From contig CAMAMB010000007.1 in assembly GCA_945836755.1 (NCBI GenBank), positions 1,828-65,827 on the forward strand: a DNA stretch of 64,000 nt. Direction: 5' to 3'. This document shows, in pieces, positions 9,482 through 19,277 of this stretch (position 1 is the stretch's first letter; the number at the start of each line of letters is the position of its first letter). Source of the DNA: an uncultured Bacteroidales bacterium (GTDB lineage Bacteria > Bacteroidota > Bacteroidia > Bacteroidales > Bacteroidaceae). The position numbers and the translations under genes were made by a program. The notes beneath the pieces are model-generated. The model searched no databases. It saw only the letters and a list, made by a program, of their open reading frames with translations, and was not told where the DNA came from.

Positions 9482-10647
9482 TGGAGGCGATGCTATACAT
9501 CCACGTGCCCTTCTGCCGCAGCCGCTGCATCTACTGTGACTTCTACTCCACCACCCATGGCGCCGCCCACCGCGCGGCATACGTCGAAGCCCTCTGTCGT
9601 GAGATGGAGCAAAGGGCCGAAGAGATAGGCCATACCCCGCTGCGTTCCGTCTATTTCGGCGGAGGCACTCCCTCACAGCTCTCCCCGGCTGAGCTGGAGC
9701 GCATCCTCAATGTGGTCAGCCGGTGCTACTCTCTCACGTCGGCCACAGAGCTGACGCTTGAAGCCAATCCTGACGATGTCACCCCGCAGACGGCGGCAGC
9801 ATGGGCTGCCATGGGCTTTGGCCGCGTCAGCCTCGGTGTGCAGACCTTCTCCGACCCTCTCCTGCGCCTGCTCAGGCGTCGTCACGACAGCCGCCAGGCT
9901 TGCGCCGCTGTCGAGACGCTCCACCGCTGCGGTATCAGTAATCTCAGCGTAGACCTCATCTATGGCCTGCCTCAGCAGTCGCTCCCCCTCTTCAGAGCCG
10001 ACCTGCGGCAGGCCCTTTCGTTGCCTGTTACCCATCTCTCGGCCTACTGCCTCATGGTCAGTAGCGGCACTCCGTTGGCCCGGGCCGTGGCAGAGGGACG
10101 CCTTCGGCCGGCTGACGAAGACCTGGTCCTGGCCCACTACAAGGCCCTCGTAGAGGCCACACGCAGCCAGGGGTTTGAACATTACGAGGTTTCTAATTTC
10201 AGTCGCCCCGGTTATGCCTCGCGTCACAACACGGGTTACTGGGACGGCACGCTCTATCTGGGCTTTGGTCCCGGTGCCCACTCTTACGCTCCGCCCCGCT
10301 CCGCCTCTGAGGCCGATGGGGCAGGGTGGGGCACGCGCAGGGCCAACGACGCCGACCTCACGGCCTACCTGCGGGCCGACGGATGCCCGTCTTTCAGCGA
10401 AGAGACGCTGACCAAAGAGGCCGCCTTCAACGAGACCGTCTTTACCGCCCTCCGCACCCGCGCCGGCCTCCCGCTCGCTCCTCTCACGGCCCGTTTCGGC
10501 CGCCCGTGGGTCGACAGCCTGCTGCGCGAGGCAGAGCCTCATCTGCGCGACGGTCGTCTCAGCCTCCGCGCCGGTTGCCTTGCGCTGACGGCAGAGGCCG
10601 TCATGGTCAGCGACACCGTCATGGCCGATCTCATGCGGGCCGAGTAG
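9481..10647 (+). CDS. hemW: Radical SAM heme chaperone HemW (HemN-like)
   Basis: LYIHVPFCRSRCIYCDF (CxxxCxxC), GGGTPS, YEVSNF, HNTGYW; ATG overlaps the upstream TGA. Confidence 0.9.
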   Translation: MEAMLYIHVPFCRSRCIYCDFYSTTHGAAHRAAYVEALCREMEQRAEEIGHTPLRSVYFGGGTPSQLSPAELERILNVVSRCYSLTSATELTLEANPDDVTPQTAAAWAAMGFGRVSLGVQTFSDPLLRLLRRRHDSRQACAAVETLHRCGISNLSVDLIYGLPQQSLPLFRADLRQALSLPVTHLSAYCLMVSSGTPLARAVAEGRLRPADEDLVLAHYKALVEATRSQGFEHYEVSNFSRPGYASRHNTGYWDGTLYLGFGPGAHSYAPPRSASEADGAGWGTRRANDADLTAYLRADGCPSFSEETLTKEAAFNETVFTALRTRAGLPLAPLTARFGRPWVDSLLREAEPHLRDGRLSLRAGCLALTAEAVMVSDTVMADLMRAE

Positions 10648-10678
10648 CAAGTTGTACCCTCCGCGCCGTCCCTTCACG

Positions 10679-10790
10679 TACATCCGGCCATCGTCGCCCG
10701 TTCGGTGTTCGCTCGTCGCCCGTTCGGTGTTCACTCGTCGCCTGGTCGGTGTTCGCTCGTCGCCTGGTCGGGCGACGATGGCGGGATGTA
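10679..10790. repeat. 22-bp tandem array (~3.7 x TCGTCGCCYGKTCGGTGTTCRC, 10691-10771) inside a 22-bp inverted repeat
   Basis: Units start 10691, 10713, 10735, 10757; left arm TACATCCGGCCATCGTCGCCCG (10679-10700) vs right arm CGGGCGACGATGGCGGGATGTA (10769-10790), one mismatch. Confidence 0.92.
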
Positions 10791-10965
10791 CATCGCGCAA
10801 TGGCGCTGAAGCGTTCTCTGAAGCCTGTACCCCTTTCTCCGACAGGTGGCCGATGGAGAGCGGTGAAGGGCGTAGAGAGCCTCTTTGGGCCCTTTATCGC
10901 CCTCCGACTGCCAAGAAGGACCTTAAAAATCATGAAACGGCACGGCAAGCCTCAATATATTATTG

Positions 10966-10973
10966 TAAATTTG
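10966..10973 (+). promoter_or_regulatory. -7 promoter element (TAAATTTG) for gyrA
   Basis: TAnnTTTG 34 nt before the gyrA ATG in an AT-rich patch. Confidence 0.65.
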
Positions 10974-11007
10974 CGCCCTATAAGAATACCCAATTCCTAC
11001 ACTTCCA

Positions 11008-13593
11008 ATGATAACGGACGACAGAATAATTAAGGTCAATATAGAGGAAGAAATGAAGTCCTCTTATATCGACTACTCCATGTCGGTGATAGTGGCCCGC
11101 GCCCTGCCCGATGTGCGCGACGGCTTCAAGCCCGTTCATCGCCGCATACTCTATGGCATGATGGGGCTCGGCATCACCCACGACAAACCTACACGTAAGA
11201 GTGCCCGTATTGTGGGCGACGTGCTCGGTAAGTACCACCCCCACGGCGACAGCTCGGTGTATGGCGCGCTGGTGCGTATGGCCCAAGACTGGAACATGCG
11301 CTACACCCTGGTCGACGGGCAGGGCAACTTCGGTTCCATGGACGGCGACTCCGCCGCAGCCATGCGTTATACCGAGGCACGCCTGACAGCCACGGGTGAG
11401 GCCATGATGCAGGATCTCGACAAGGAGACCGTCGACATGGACCGCAACTTCGACAATACGCTCGACGAGCCCTCGGTCATGCCCACACGTATACCTAACT
11501 TCTTGGTCAACGGTGCCAGCGGCATTGCCGTAGGTATGGCCACCAACGTGCCTACCCACAATCTTGCCGAGGTTATAGACGGCTGTGTGGCCTTCATTGA
11601 AGATGAGGAAATCACGACCGAAGGTCTCATGCACTACATCAAGGCACCCGACTTCCCCACCGGGGGATACATCATGGGCCTCCAAGGGGTGCGCAATGCC
11701 TACGAGACAGGCCGCGGCCGAGTGGTCATGAGAGCACGCACCGAGATAGAGACCACCGACCAGCACGACACCATCGTCGTGACCGAGATACCCTATGGCG
11801 TCAACAAGGCCGAACTCATCAAGAGCATCGCCGACCTTGTCAATGAGCGCAAGATTGAAGGCATCAGCAACGTCAACGACGAGAGCGACCGTGAAGGCAT
11901 GCGCATAGTCATTGACCTCAAGCGCGACGCCAACTCCAACATCGTGCTCAACAAGCTCTTCAAGATGACAGCCATGCAGACGAGCTTCGCCGTCAACTGC
12001 ATCGCCCTCGTGCACGGACGTCCCAAGCTCCTCACCCTGCGCGACTGCATCAAGTGCTTTGTGGACCATCGCCATGAAGTAGTGATACGCCGCACCAAGT
12101 ACGACCTGCGCAAGGCGCAAGAGCGCGCACACATACTCGAAGGGCTTATCATAGCCTCTGACAATATCGACGAGGTGGTTCATCTCATCCGCAACTCCAA
12201 GTCTCCCGGCGAAGCCATCACCGCCCTCATGGGCCGCTTCGGCCTCGACGAACCCCAGGCGAAGGCCATCGTCGACATGCGCCTCTCCCAGCTGACCAAC
12301 ATTCAGCAGGAGAAGCTGCACGCCGAATACAACGAGCTGGAAGAGAACATAGCCTACTATCAGCGCATCCTCACCGACGACAGCCTCTGTCGGCAGATAA
12401 TGAAGGAAGAACTCATAGAGGTCAAGGAAAAATATGGCGACGAACGCCGCTCCGAGATCTGCATGGCAGGCGAAGAGTTCAACCCCGAAGACTTCTTTGC
12501 CGACGACGACGTCATCATTACCCTCTCCCACCTCGGCTACATCAAGCGCACACCCCTGGCCGAGTTCCGTGCACAGTCGCGCGGCGGCGTAGGCGCCAAG
12601 GGTGGCAGCACTCGCGATGCCGACTTCATAGAGAGCATCTATCCGGCCACCATGCACAACACGATGCTCTTCTTCACCGCCAAGGGACGATGCTTCTGGC
12701 TCAAAGTCTACGAGATACCCGAAGGCACCAAGAACTCCAAAGGACGCGCCATACAGAATATGCTCAACATCGAGCCCGACGACGCTGTCAACGCCTGCCT
12801 CCACATACGTCGTCTCAACGACACGGACTTCTGCAATACCCACTTCGTGACCTTCTGCACCAAGAACGGCATCATCAAGAAGACCTGCCTCTCCGACTAC
12901 TCACGGCCCAGGGCTAACGGCGTGAACGCCATCAATATCCGCGAAAACGACCGCGTGGTCAGCGTAGTGCTTACCAACGGCTCCGACGAGATTGTCATTG
13001 CCAACAGAGGCGGCCGAGCCATCCGCTTCAACGAGTCGACCGTACGCCCCATGGGACGTACTGCCACCGGCGTGCTGGGTCTGCGTATCGACGAGAACGA
13101 CCCCACCGACGAAGTGGTAGGCATGGTATGCGTCAACGACCCCGAACGTGAGACGGTGCTCGTGGTAAGCGAGAAGGGGTACGGCAAGCGTACCGCCGTG
13201 ACCGATTATCGTGTGACCAACCGCGGCGGCAAGGGCGTCAAGACCCTCGACATCACCGACAAGACCGGCAAGGTCATCGCCATCAAGAGCGTGACCGAAG
13301 ACGACGACCTCATGATCATCAACAAGAGCGGAATAGCCATACGCCTGCGCCTCAGCGAGGTACGTGTACAGGGCCGTGCCACCCAGGGCGTACGTCTGAT
13401 CAATCTCGAAAAGCGCGGCGACACCATCTCCAGCGTGTGCAAGGTGCAGACAGAACCCCAGGAGGACGACGAAACACTTCCCTCCGACGACGCCACCCTC
13501 GCTGAGCACACTGCGGAGACACCCAATCTGAACACCCCCGCACAGAGCCCCTCTGATAATACCGAGCAGGGCGACGGCGACGCTCAAAACTGA
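11008..13593 (+). CDS. gyrA: DNA gyrase subunit A
   Basis: [30 protein letters not shown] (catalytic Tyr), GyrA-box-like QSRGGVG, acidic tail. Confidence 0.98.
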   Translation: MITDDRIIKVNIEEEMKSSYIDYSMSVIVARALPDVRDGFKPVHRRILYGMMGLGITHDKPTRKSARIVGDVLGKYHPHGDSSVYGALVRMAQDWNMRYTLVDGQGNFGSMDGDSAAAMRYTEARLTATGEAMMQDLDKETVDMDRNFDNTLDEPSVMPTRIPNFLVNGASGIAVGMATNVPTHNLAEVIDGCVAFIEDEEITTEGLMHYIKAPDFPTGGYIMGLQGVRNAYETGRGRVVMRARTEIETTDQHDTIVVTEIPYGVNKAELIKSIADLVNERKIEGISNVNDESDREGMRIVIDLKRDANSNIVLNKLFKMTAMQTSFAVNCIALVHGRPKLLTLRDCIKCFVDHRHEVVIRRTKYDLRKAQERAHILEGLIIASDNIDEVVHLIRNSKSPGEAITALMGRFGLDEPQAKAIVDMRLSQLTNIQQEKLHAEYNELEENIAYYQRILTDDSLCRQIMKEELIEVKEKYGDERRSEICMAGEEFNPEDFFADDDVIITLSHLGYIKRTPLAEFRAQSRGGVGAKGGSTRDADFIESIYPATMHNTMLFFTAKGRCFWLKVYEIPEGTKNSKGRAIQNMLNIEPDDAVNACLHIRRLNDTDFCNTHFVTFCTKNGIIKKTCLSDYSRPRANGVNAINIRENDRVVSVVLTNGSDEIVIANRGGRAIRFNESTVRPMGRTATGVLGLRIDENDPTDEVVGMVCVNDPERETVLVVSEKGYGKRTAVTDYRVTNRGGKGVKTLDITDKTGKVIAIKSVTEDDDLMIINKSGIAIRLRLSEVRVQGRATQGVRLINLEKRGDTISSVCKVQTEPQEDDETLPSDDATLAEHTAETPNLNTPAQSPSDNTEQGDGDAQN

Positions 13594-13699
13594 CATCACA
13601 CCCATCACGCTCGCGGCGCCAAGCCTGTTGACCGATGGTCGTAGGCAAGGCGCCGGAGCTACCAACCAACAAAGAAAGACAACCTTTATTCTATCCCTT

Positions 13700-15100
13700 A
13701 TGAAAAAGATTATTATGACCCTCGCCCTCTGTCTCACAGCCTCTTTAGGCAGCTGGGCACAACAGGCACCCGATCCGGGCAACTGGAAAGCCTACGACCT
13801 CATCAAGAAGGCCGACTCCAAACGCTCCGAGCGCAGCTCAGAGGCTTTCGCAGCGGCTCAGCAGCTATATGCCGATGCCGAAAAAGAAATCATGAACGAC
13901 ATCGCTAAAGCTGAAGCCGAAGGCAAAACTGACAAACTGGCGCGCCTGCACTTCCAGAATGCTCAGCTGCAGTTCAAGTTGCTGCAAGACGAATTGACAA
14001 AGGCTCAGCAGGGCATCCGCTTCGACACCCTCGCCTTCTGTAAACGCGTGGACGGCACCATCCTCAGCTTCGACCAGGCCGAAGCCTGCAACCGAAAGCC
14101 CAACGCAAAGGGTAAGGTGAAGCCTAATTCCATCCTCACCTCTTACTGCAAGATAGGCATTTCAAACGTGCTTACTCTCTACTATAACTGCGGCGTGTTC
14201 ATGGACAGCCAAGGCGATAAGCAGGCCTCCGTAGACTACTTCCAGAAGTTCGTCGACCTGCCCAAAGCCACCTGCGTATTCTCCGACCACCAAGCCGACT
14301 CCATCTACGAGCGTAACGCCAAGATATACTCTTTAGCACGCTACAACCTCGCTCTCCAGAACTATAGCCTCCATAATTGGCAGAAGGCTATCGACTGTGC
14401 CACCGAGGCGCTCAAGGACACCATCGACCCTCAGAACCTCTACATCGTCAAGCTCAACTCCTACGGCGAGCTGAAAGACTCCGTCTCCTGGGCACGTACC
14501 CTCGTTGAGGCTGCCGAACGCACCGGCAACACTAACTTCTACACCCAGCTCGTGCAGTACTATCTTGAGTCGAAGAAGGTGGATGAAGCCAACACCCTTA
14601 TCGAGAAACTCGTGAACGAGAAGAGCGACAAGGTTTCTACCTGGTACATGAAAGGATATATAGAGCTGGACGTCAAGAAAGACTATGCCGCCGCCCGTGA
14701 GAGCTTTGCCAAAGCCCTCGAGATAGACCCCAATGCCCAGCAAGTGCTCCGCCCCATGGCGATGTGCTATGTCAACGACATTCTCAACCAAATCTACGAC
14801 AAGAAGTTCAAGTATCTTGGCACAGACCGCAAGATCGTAGGTCGTGGACGCGGCGGAGAGGCTGACAAGGCGCTCGCCAAGGAAGTGGCCATCTATGATA
14901 AGGAACTCGCCTATATGAGAGAGTACTACTCCAAGGCCCTTCCTTATCTCGAGAAGCTGCGTGAACTCAATCCCGATAACCCGCGCCTCTGGGCCAGTGA
15001 CCTCCAGCTCGTCTACTCTAACCTCGGACGTACGGAAGAGGCTAAGCTGATGGACGAACTGCTTGACAAGGCCAACCGCCAGGCACAAGGCCTCGAATAA
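13700..15100 (+). CDS. Exported tetratricopeptide-repeat protein
   Basis: Signal peptide MKKIIMTLALCLTASLGSWA; TPR-like helices (A..SF.KALEIDPN, YY.KALPYLEK); usual gyrA neighbour in Bacteroidales. Confidence 0.8.
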   Translation: MKKIIMTLALCLTASLGSWAQQAPDPGNWKAYDLIKKADSKRSERSSEAFAAAQQLYADAEKEIMNDIAKAEAEGKTDKLARLHFQNAQLQFKLLQDELTKAQQGIRFDTLAFCKRVDGTILSFDQAEACNRKPNAKGKVKPNSILTSYCKIGISNVLTLYYNCGVFMDSQGDKQASVDYFQKFVDLPKATCVFSDHQADSIYERNAKIYSLARYNLALQNYSLHNWQKAIDCATEALKDTIDPQNLYIVKLNSYGELKDSVSWARTLVEAAERTGNTNFYTQLVQYYLESKKVDEANTLIEKLVNEKSDKVSTWYMKGYIELDVKKDYAAARESFAKALEIDPNAQQVLRPMAMCYVNDILNQIYDKKFKYLGTDRKIVGRGRGGEADKALAKEVAIYDKELAYMREYYSKALPYLEKLRELNPDNPRLWASDLQLVYSNLGRTEEAKLMDELLDKANRQAQGLE

Positions 15101-15248
15101 GACACACCGAGAGGCCACCAGCAAGCCTCACACCTTACACAAACACCTATCTGGAGCAGACACAGACGGACACACCGCCGCCTGTGCTGCTTCAGAATTT
15201 TCTCTAAAGTCAGCCCACACCTTTAGCCCTAATTACCCCCTCTCCCTT

Positions 15249-16448
15249 ATGCGTCGCATCCTTCTTCTCATACTGATGATTGTGCCCCTCCTTGCTGTCG
15301 GACAGAAGGCTTATAAGCCCATCAAGGTGGCGCTCAAGGCGCAGAATTTTTCCCAAGCTAAGAAAGAAGCCGACAAACTAAAGACAGACTCTCTATATAG
15401 AGACGATATAGACCTTTACCTGCTTGCCATAGAAGCCGAAAAAGGCATCAACGATGCTGAAAACCTCAAGCTCTATCTCAAACAGAAGTACGACACACTT
15501 ACCTTCTTCTCCTCCACCTACAACCTTATTGAAAACGCCCGGAAGATAGACTCGCTCGAGCAGCGGCAGGTGCTGACCGCTCACAAACAGCCACGCTATC
15601 GCAAGAAGATGGCAACCCTCATCGCTCAATACCTGCCCAACCTCAACGCCGGAGGCTGCTACCTCTTCAGCCGTGCCAAGTACACGGAAGCAATGCCCTA
15701 TCTGAGAACCTGTATAGACCTGCCACAAACCGCGCTCGGCGACTACCTTCAAATGGCACGCCCCAAGGTGGAAAAATCGCGCATCTCCAACGCTGTGCTA
15801 TACCTGACAGCTGCCTTTCAGTCCGGTCGCTACGACGAGGTGTATAGATATAAAGACTACGCCATGCAGGACACGCTCTATCGGCAGAAGATGCTGGAGA
15901 CCCTCGCCCTCACGGCAGACCAACAGAAAGACACCCTCGCTTTTCAGAAATACTTGGAGCAGGGCCTTCGTGAATACCCCGATAATCCTTTGTTCTTTGC
16001 CCGTCTCGTCGACCTGCACCAAGCCAGGGCGGAATATGCACAGATGAGGATCCTCGCCCATCAGCAACTCCGGCGGGACAGCACCCACTGCATAGCCCAT
16101 GCAGCCCACTGCATCGCTCTCTTCCATGAGATGAAACTTGACAGCTGCATCGAGGCGGCCAAGTTATGGCAACGCCACGACACAGTCAGTGTAGAGCCTC
16201 TCTACTACATCGGAGCCTCATACGTGGGCAGGGCACTCCTCATTCAGCTGCCTGATAACGTGAGCTCAAAGGCTTATAAACTGATGAAGGCACAGCAAAA
16301 GGCCTTTATGGCTAAGGCTGAACCTGTGCTTGAAGAATACCGTAAACTCGCCCCGGCTGATAGAAAACGCTGGGCACCCTTACTCTATAAGGTATACTAT
16401 GTGCTCAATCGTGGGAAAAAGTTTGAGGAGATAGAGCGACAATTGTAG
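15249..16448 (+). CDS. Exported TPR-like hypothetical protein
   Basis: Signal peptide MRRILLLILMIVPLLAVG; helical repeats; C-terminus similar in pattern to the upstream TPR protein. Confidence 0.7.
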   Translation: MRRILLLILMIVPLLAVGQKAYKPIKVALKAQNFSQAKKEADKLKTDSLYRDDIDLYLLAIEAEKGINDAENLKLYLKQKYDTLTFFSSTYNLIENARKIDSLEQRQVLTAHKQPRYRKKMATLIAQYLPNLNAGGCYLFSRAKYTEAMPYLRTCIDLPQTALGDYLQMARPKVEKSRISNAVLYLTAAFQSGRYDEVYRYKDYAMQDTLYRQKMLETLALTADQQKDTLAFQKYLEQGLREYPDNPLFFARLVDLHQARAEYAQMRILAHQQLRRDSTHCIAHAAHCIALFHEMKLDSCIEAAKLWQRHDTVSVEPLYYIGASYVGRALLIQLPDNVSSKAYKLMKAQQKAFMAKAEPVLEEYRKLAPADRKRWAPLLYKVYYVLNRGKKFEEIERQL

Positions 16449-16566
16449 CCGCCGTCCCTCCGGCTGCGGCCGAAGCTTCAATGCCGCTCGTCGCGTAGCT
16501 CTATGTGCCCCTTCCCCTGCCATAGGACCTTCCCCTACCTATTATATATAACAGACTATTCGTTCC

Positions 16567-18747
16567 ATGCAGAGTAGATTTCTCCTTGCTCAACTCCTTG
16601 ATGATAATGCTTGGGCGAAAGCCCTCGACGAAGGTTTCGACCTCCCAGACCTTGACTGCCCCCCCATCGACCATCTCCGTGGCTGCTTGATAGAAGGCAT
16701 GAAAAGGGAGAAGGCAGAGGTGGAGGCCATCGTTGCTGATCCACGTCCGGCCGACTTCGACAATACCATCGTCGCCCTGTCTAAGAGTGGCGCCATGCTG
16801 GGCCGTGCCACCGAGGTGATGTATAACCTCTTCAGCGCAGAGACCAATGAGGCCCTCGACGCACTCACCTCAGAGATGTCGCCCTTGTTGACGGCCCACG
16901 ATAATGAGATTATGCTCAACAAGCAGCTGTTTGACCGCGTGAATAGTGTCTACGAGGCTGAGATGGCTGCCCGTGAAGAGGGGAATAGTAGTCTCACCCC
17001 CGAGCAGGCCATGCTTCTTCAGAAGACATACGCCGCCTTTCGCCGATCCGGTGCGCTGCTCGATGAGGAAGGTAAGGAGGTATTTCGTGCCCTCACCACC
17101 GAGATTTCAGAACAGTCGCTCCTCTTCTCACAACACTTGCTGGCCGACACCCATGCCTTCTACCTCCATCTTCACAATGAAGAAGAGCTTGCCGGCCTGC
17201 CGGCCCTTCAACGCGAAGCTGCCAAGGAAGCAGCCCATGAGCGTGGACTGGACGGGTGGGTGATTACCCTCGAGGCGCCGAGCTATCAGCCCTTCATGAC
17301 CTACGCCGACAACCGCAGGCTGCGCCGCTCCCTGTATATGGCCTATATGACCCGCTGCACTCCGGCCTTTGCCGATGCCCTTCAGAGCATGAAAGAGGGT
17401 GGGGAAGAGGCTTATGACTATGCGGCCAACGACAACCTCGAAATTGTGCGCCGCATCGTCAACTGTCGCCAACGCCTGGCCCGGCTGCTCGGCTACTCCA
17501 CTTATGCCGACTATGCCTTGGAGCGCCGAATGGCTGAGACCAAGGAAAATGTGAACGACTTCCTGCAGTCCCTGCTCGCAGCCTATCTCCCGGCTGCCCG
17601 GCATGACGTGGAACGTGTGAACGCTAAGGCCAAGGCGCTTGAGGGGGATAACTTTGAGGTGCAGGCATGGGATTTTGCCTACTATGCGCAGAAGCTCCGC
17701 GAAGAGCTCTATCAGTTTGACCCCGACAAACTCAGACCCTATTTCCCCCTGCCGGCTGTGAAGAAGGGCGTGTTCGGACTGGCCACCAAGCTATATGGCT
17801 TAACCTTTGAGCCGGCTGCCGACATTCCGGCCTATCATGATGATGTGGAGACCTATCGTGTGTTCGACGAAGAGCATCGCTTCCTGGCCGTGCTCTACAT
17901 GGACTTCTTTCCCCGTAAGACCAAGAAGGGCGGGGCATGGATGACAAGCTACAGAGATGAACATGCAGACGTCGCTCCCACCCATCCTGTCACACCGGAG
18001 AACTCTTTCCGCCCCGTCGTCAGCGTCACCACCAATTTCACCAAGCCCACCGGCAATAAACCACCCCTTCTCTCGTTTGGTGAGGTAGAAACCCTGCTCC
18101 ACGAGTTTGGTCACGCGCTTCATGGCATCTTTGCCATGACCCACTACGCGGCGCTCAGCGGTACTTCGGTCTTTTGGGATTTCGTCGAGCTGCCCTCTCA
18201 GTTTATGGAGGCGTATGCGCTGGAGCCCGATTTCCTTTCCACCTTCGCCTTCCACTATGAAACGGGTGAGCCGCTACCTTCAGCTTATGTGGAAGCCCTT
18301 CGCGCTGCCTCCCGTTTTAATGTCGGGTATCTCTGTGTGCGGCAACTCTCCTTCGGCTACTTAGACATGGCCCTTCATACCCGCACCTCCCCGCTCGAGG
18401 GCGACGTGGTGGCTTGCGAACAAGCAGCCATGCAGCCCTGTGCAGTGCTTCCGGCCGTTCCTGCCACGTGCATGACTGCCGGCTTCAGCCATATCATGGC
18501 CGGCGGCTATGCTGCGGGATATTACAGCTATAAGTGGGCTGACATTCTGGCGGCTGACACCTTTGACTACTTTGCTGAGAATGGCCTTTTCAACCGTGCC
18601 GTGGCACAGCTGTTCCGCACCCACATCCTCTCACAAGGCGGCACGGTTCATCCGGCAGCGCTCTACCTGCGTTTCCGTGGTCGCAAGCCGGGCATTGATG
18701 CCTTGCTCAAGCGCGATGGTATCAGCAAGCCGGGCCTTGGCCTGTGA
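16567..18747 (+). CDS. dcp: M3 family metallopeptidase (peptidyl-dipeptidase Dcp-like)
   Basis: HEFGH zinc motif, K.GGAWM, WDFVELPSQFME, YAAGYYSYKWA. Confidence 0.93.
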   Translation: MQSRFLLAQLLDDNAWAKALDEGFDLPDLDCPPIDHLRGCLIEGMKREKAEVEAIVADPRPADFDNTIVALSKSGAMLGRATEVMYNLFSAETNEALDALTSEMSPLLTAHDNEIMLNKQLFDRVNSVYEAEMAAREEGNSSLTPEQAMLLQKTYAAFRRSGALLDEEGKEVFRALTTEISEQSLLFSQHLLADTHAFYLHLHNEEELAGLPALQREAAKEAAHERGLDGWVITLEAPSYQPFMTYADNRRLRRSLYMAYMTRCTPAFADALQSMKEGGEEAYDYAANDNLEIVRRIVNCRQRLARLLGYSTYADYALERRMAETKENVNDFLQSLLAAYLPAARHDVERVNAKAKALEGDNFEVQAWDFAYYAQKLREELYQFDPDKLRPYFPLPAVKKGVFGLATKLYGLTFEPAADIPAYHDDVETYRVFDEEHRFLAVLYMDFFPRKTKKGGAWMTSYRDEHADVAPTHPVTPENSFRPVVSVTTNFTKPTGNKPPLLSFGEVETLLHEFGHALHGIFAMTHYAALSGTSVFWDFVELPSQFMEAYALEPDFLSTFAFHYETGEPLPSAYVEALRAASRFNVGYLCVRQLSFGYLDMALHTRTSPLEGDVVACEQAAMQPCAVLPAVPATCMTAGFSHIMAGGYAAGYYSYKWADILAADTFDYFAENGLFNRAVAQLFRTHILSQGGTVHPAALYLRFRGRKPGIDALLKRDGISKPGLGL

Positions 18748-18802
18748 CCATGATGGCCCACGCCTTTACCCTCTCTTTGCCAAACCTTTCATAGTGTCCT
18801 TT

Positions 18803-19246
18803 ATGGAGAAAGATAATCCCTCCCCGGAGTCCAAGAGCCACCTCCTTGACCTGCGCTATCTGCGCATGGCTCACATCTGGGCCGAGAACTCATACTGCAC
18901 CCGCCGCCAAGTGGGCGCTCTCATCGTCAAGGATAACATGATTATCAGCGATGGCTTCAACGGAACGCCCTCCGGCTTCCCCAATGTGTGCGAGGGTCCC
19001 GACGGGCTTACCTTGCCCTATGTGCTTCACGCCGAGGCAAATGCCATCACTAAGATAGCACGCTCGGGCAACAACTCCGATGGCGCCACCCTCTACGTTA
19101 CTGATGCTCCCTGCATTGAGTGTGCCAAACTCATCATCCAGGCAGGTATACGTCGCGTGATATATGCCCGTAGCTACCGCCTTGCCGATGGGGTTGAGCT
19201 CTTGCGTCAGGCGGGCATTCAAGTAGAACATAAACCTATTCAGTAG
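18803..19246 (+). CDS. dCMP deaminase family protein
   Basis: S.C.RRQVGA, HAEANAI, PCIEC; start at MEKDNPS. Confidence 0.93.
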   Translation: MEKDNPSPESKSHLLDLRYLRMAHIWAENSYCTRRQVGALIVKDNMIISDGFNGTPSGFPNVCEGPDGLTLPYVLHAEANAITKIARSGNNSDGATLYVTDAPCIECAKLIIQAGIRRVIYARSYRLADGVELLRQAGIQVEHKPIQ

Positions 19247-19277
19247 CATCCCTGCTGTCATAACCCCTATCTGCTAC

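Noticed and set aside
10978-12843. 621-aa ORF antisense to gyrA, and similar long antisense ORFs over hemW, tig, clpX, DegT and wecC
   Set aside because: Shadow frames expected from GC-rich codon bias; no recognisable motifs.
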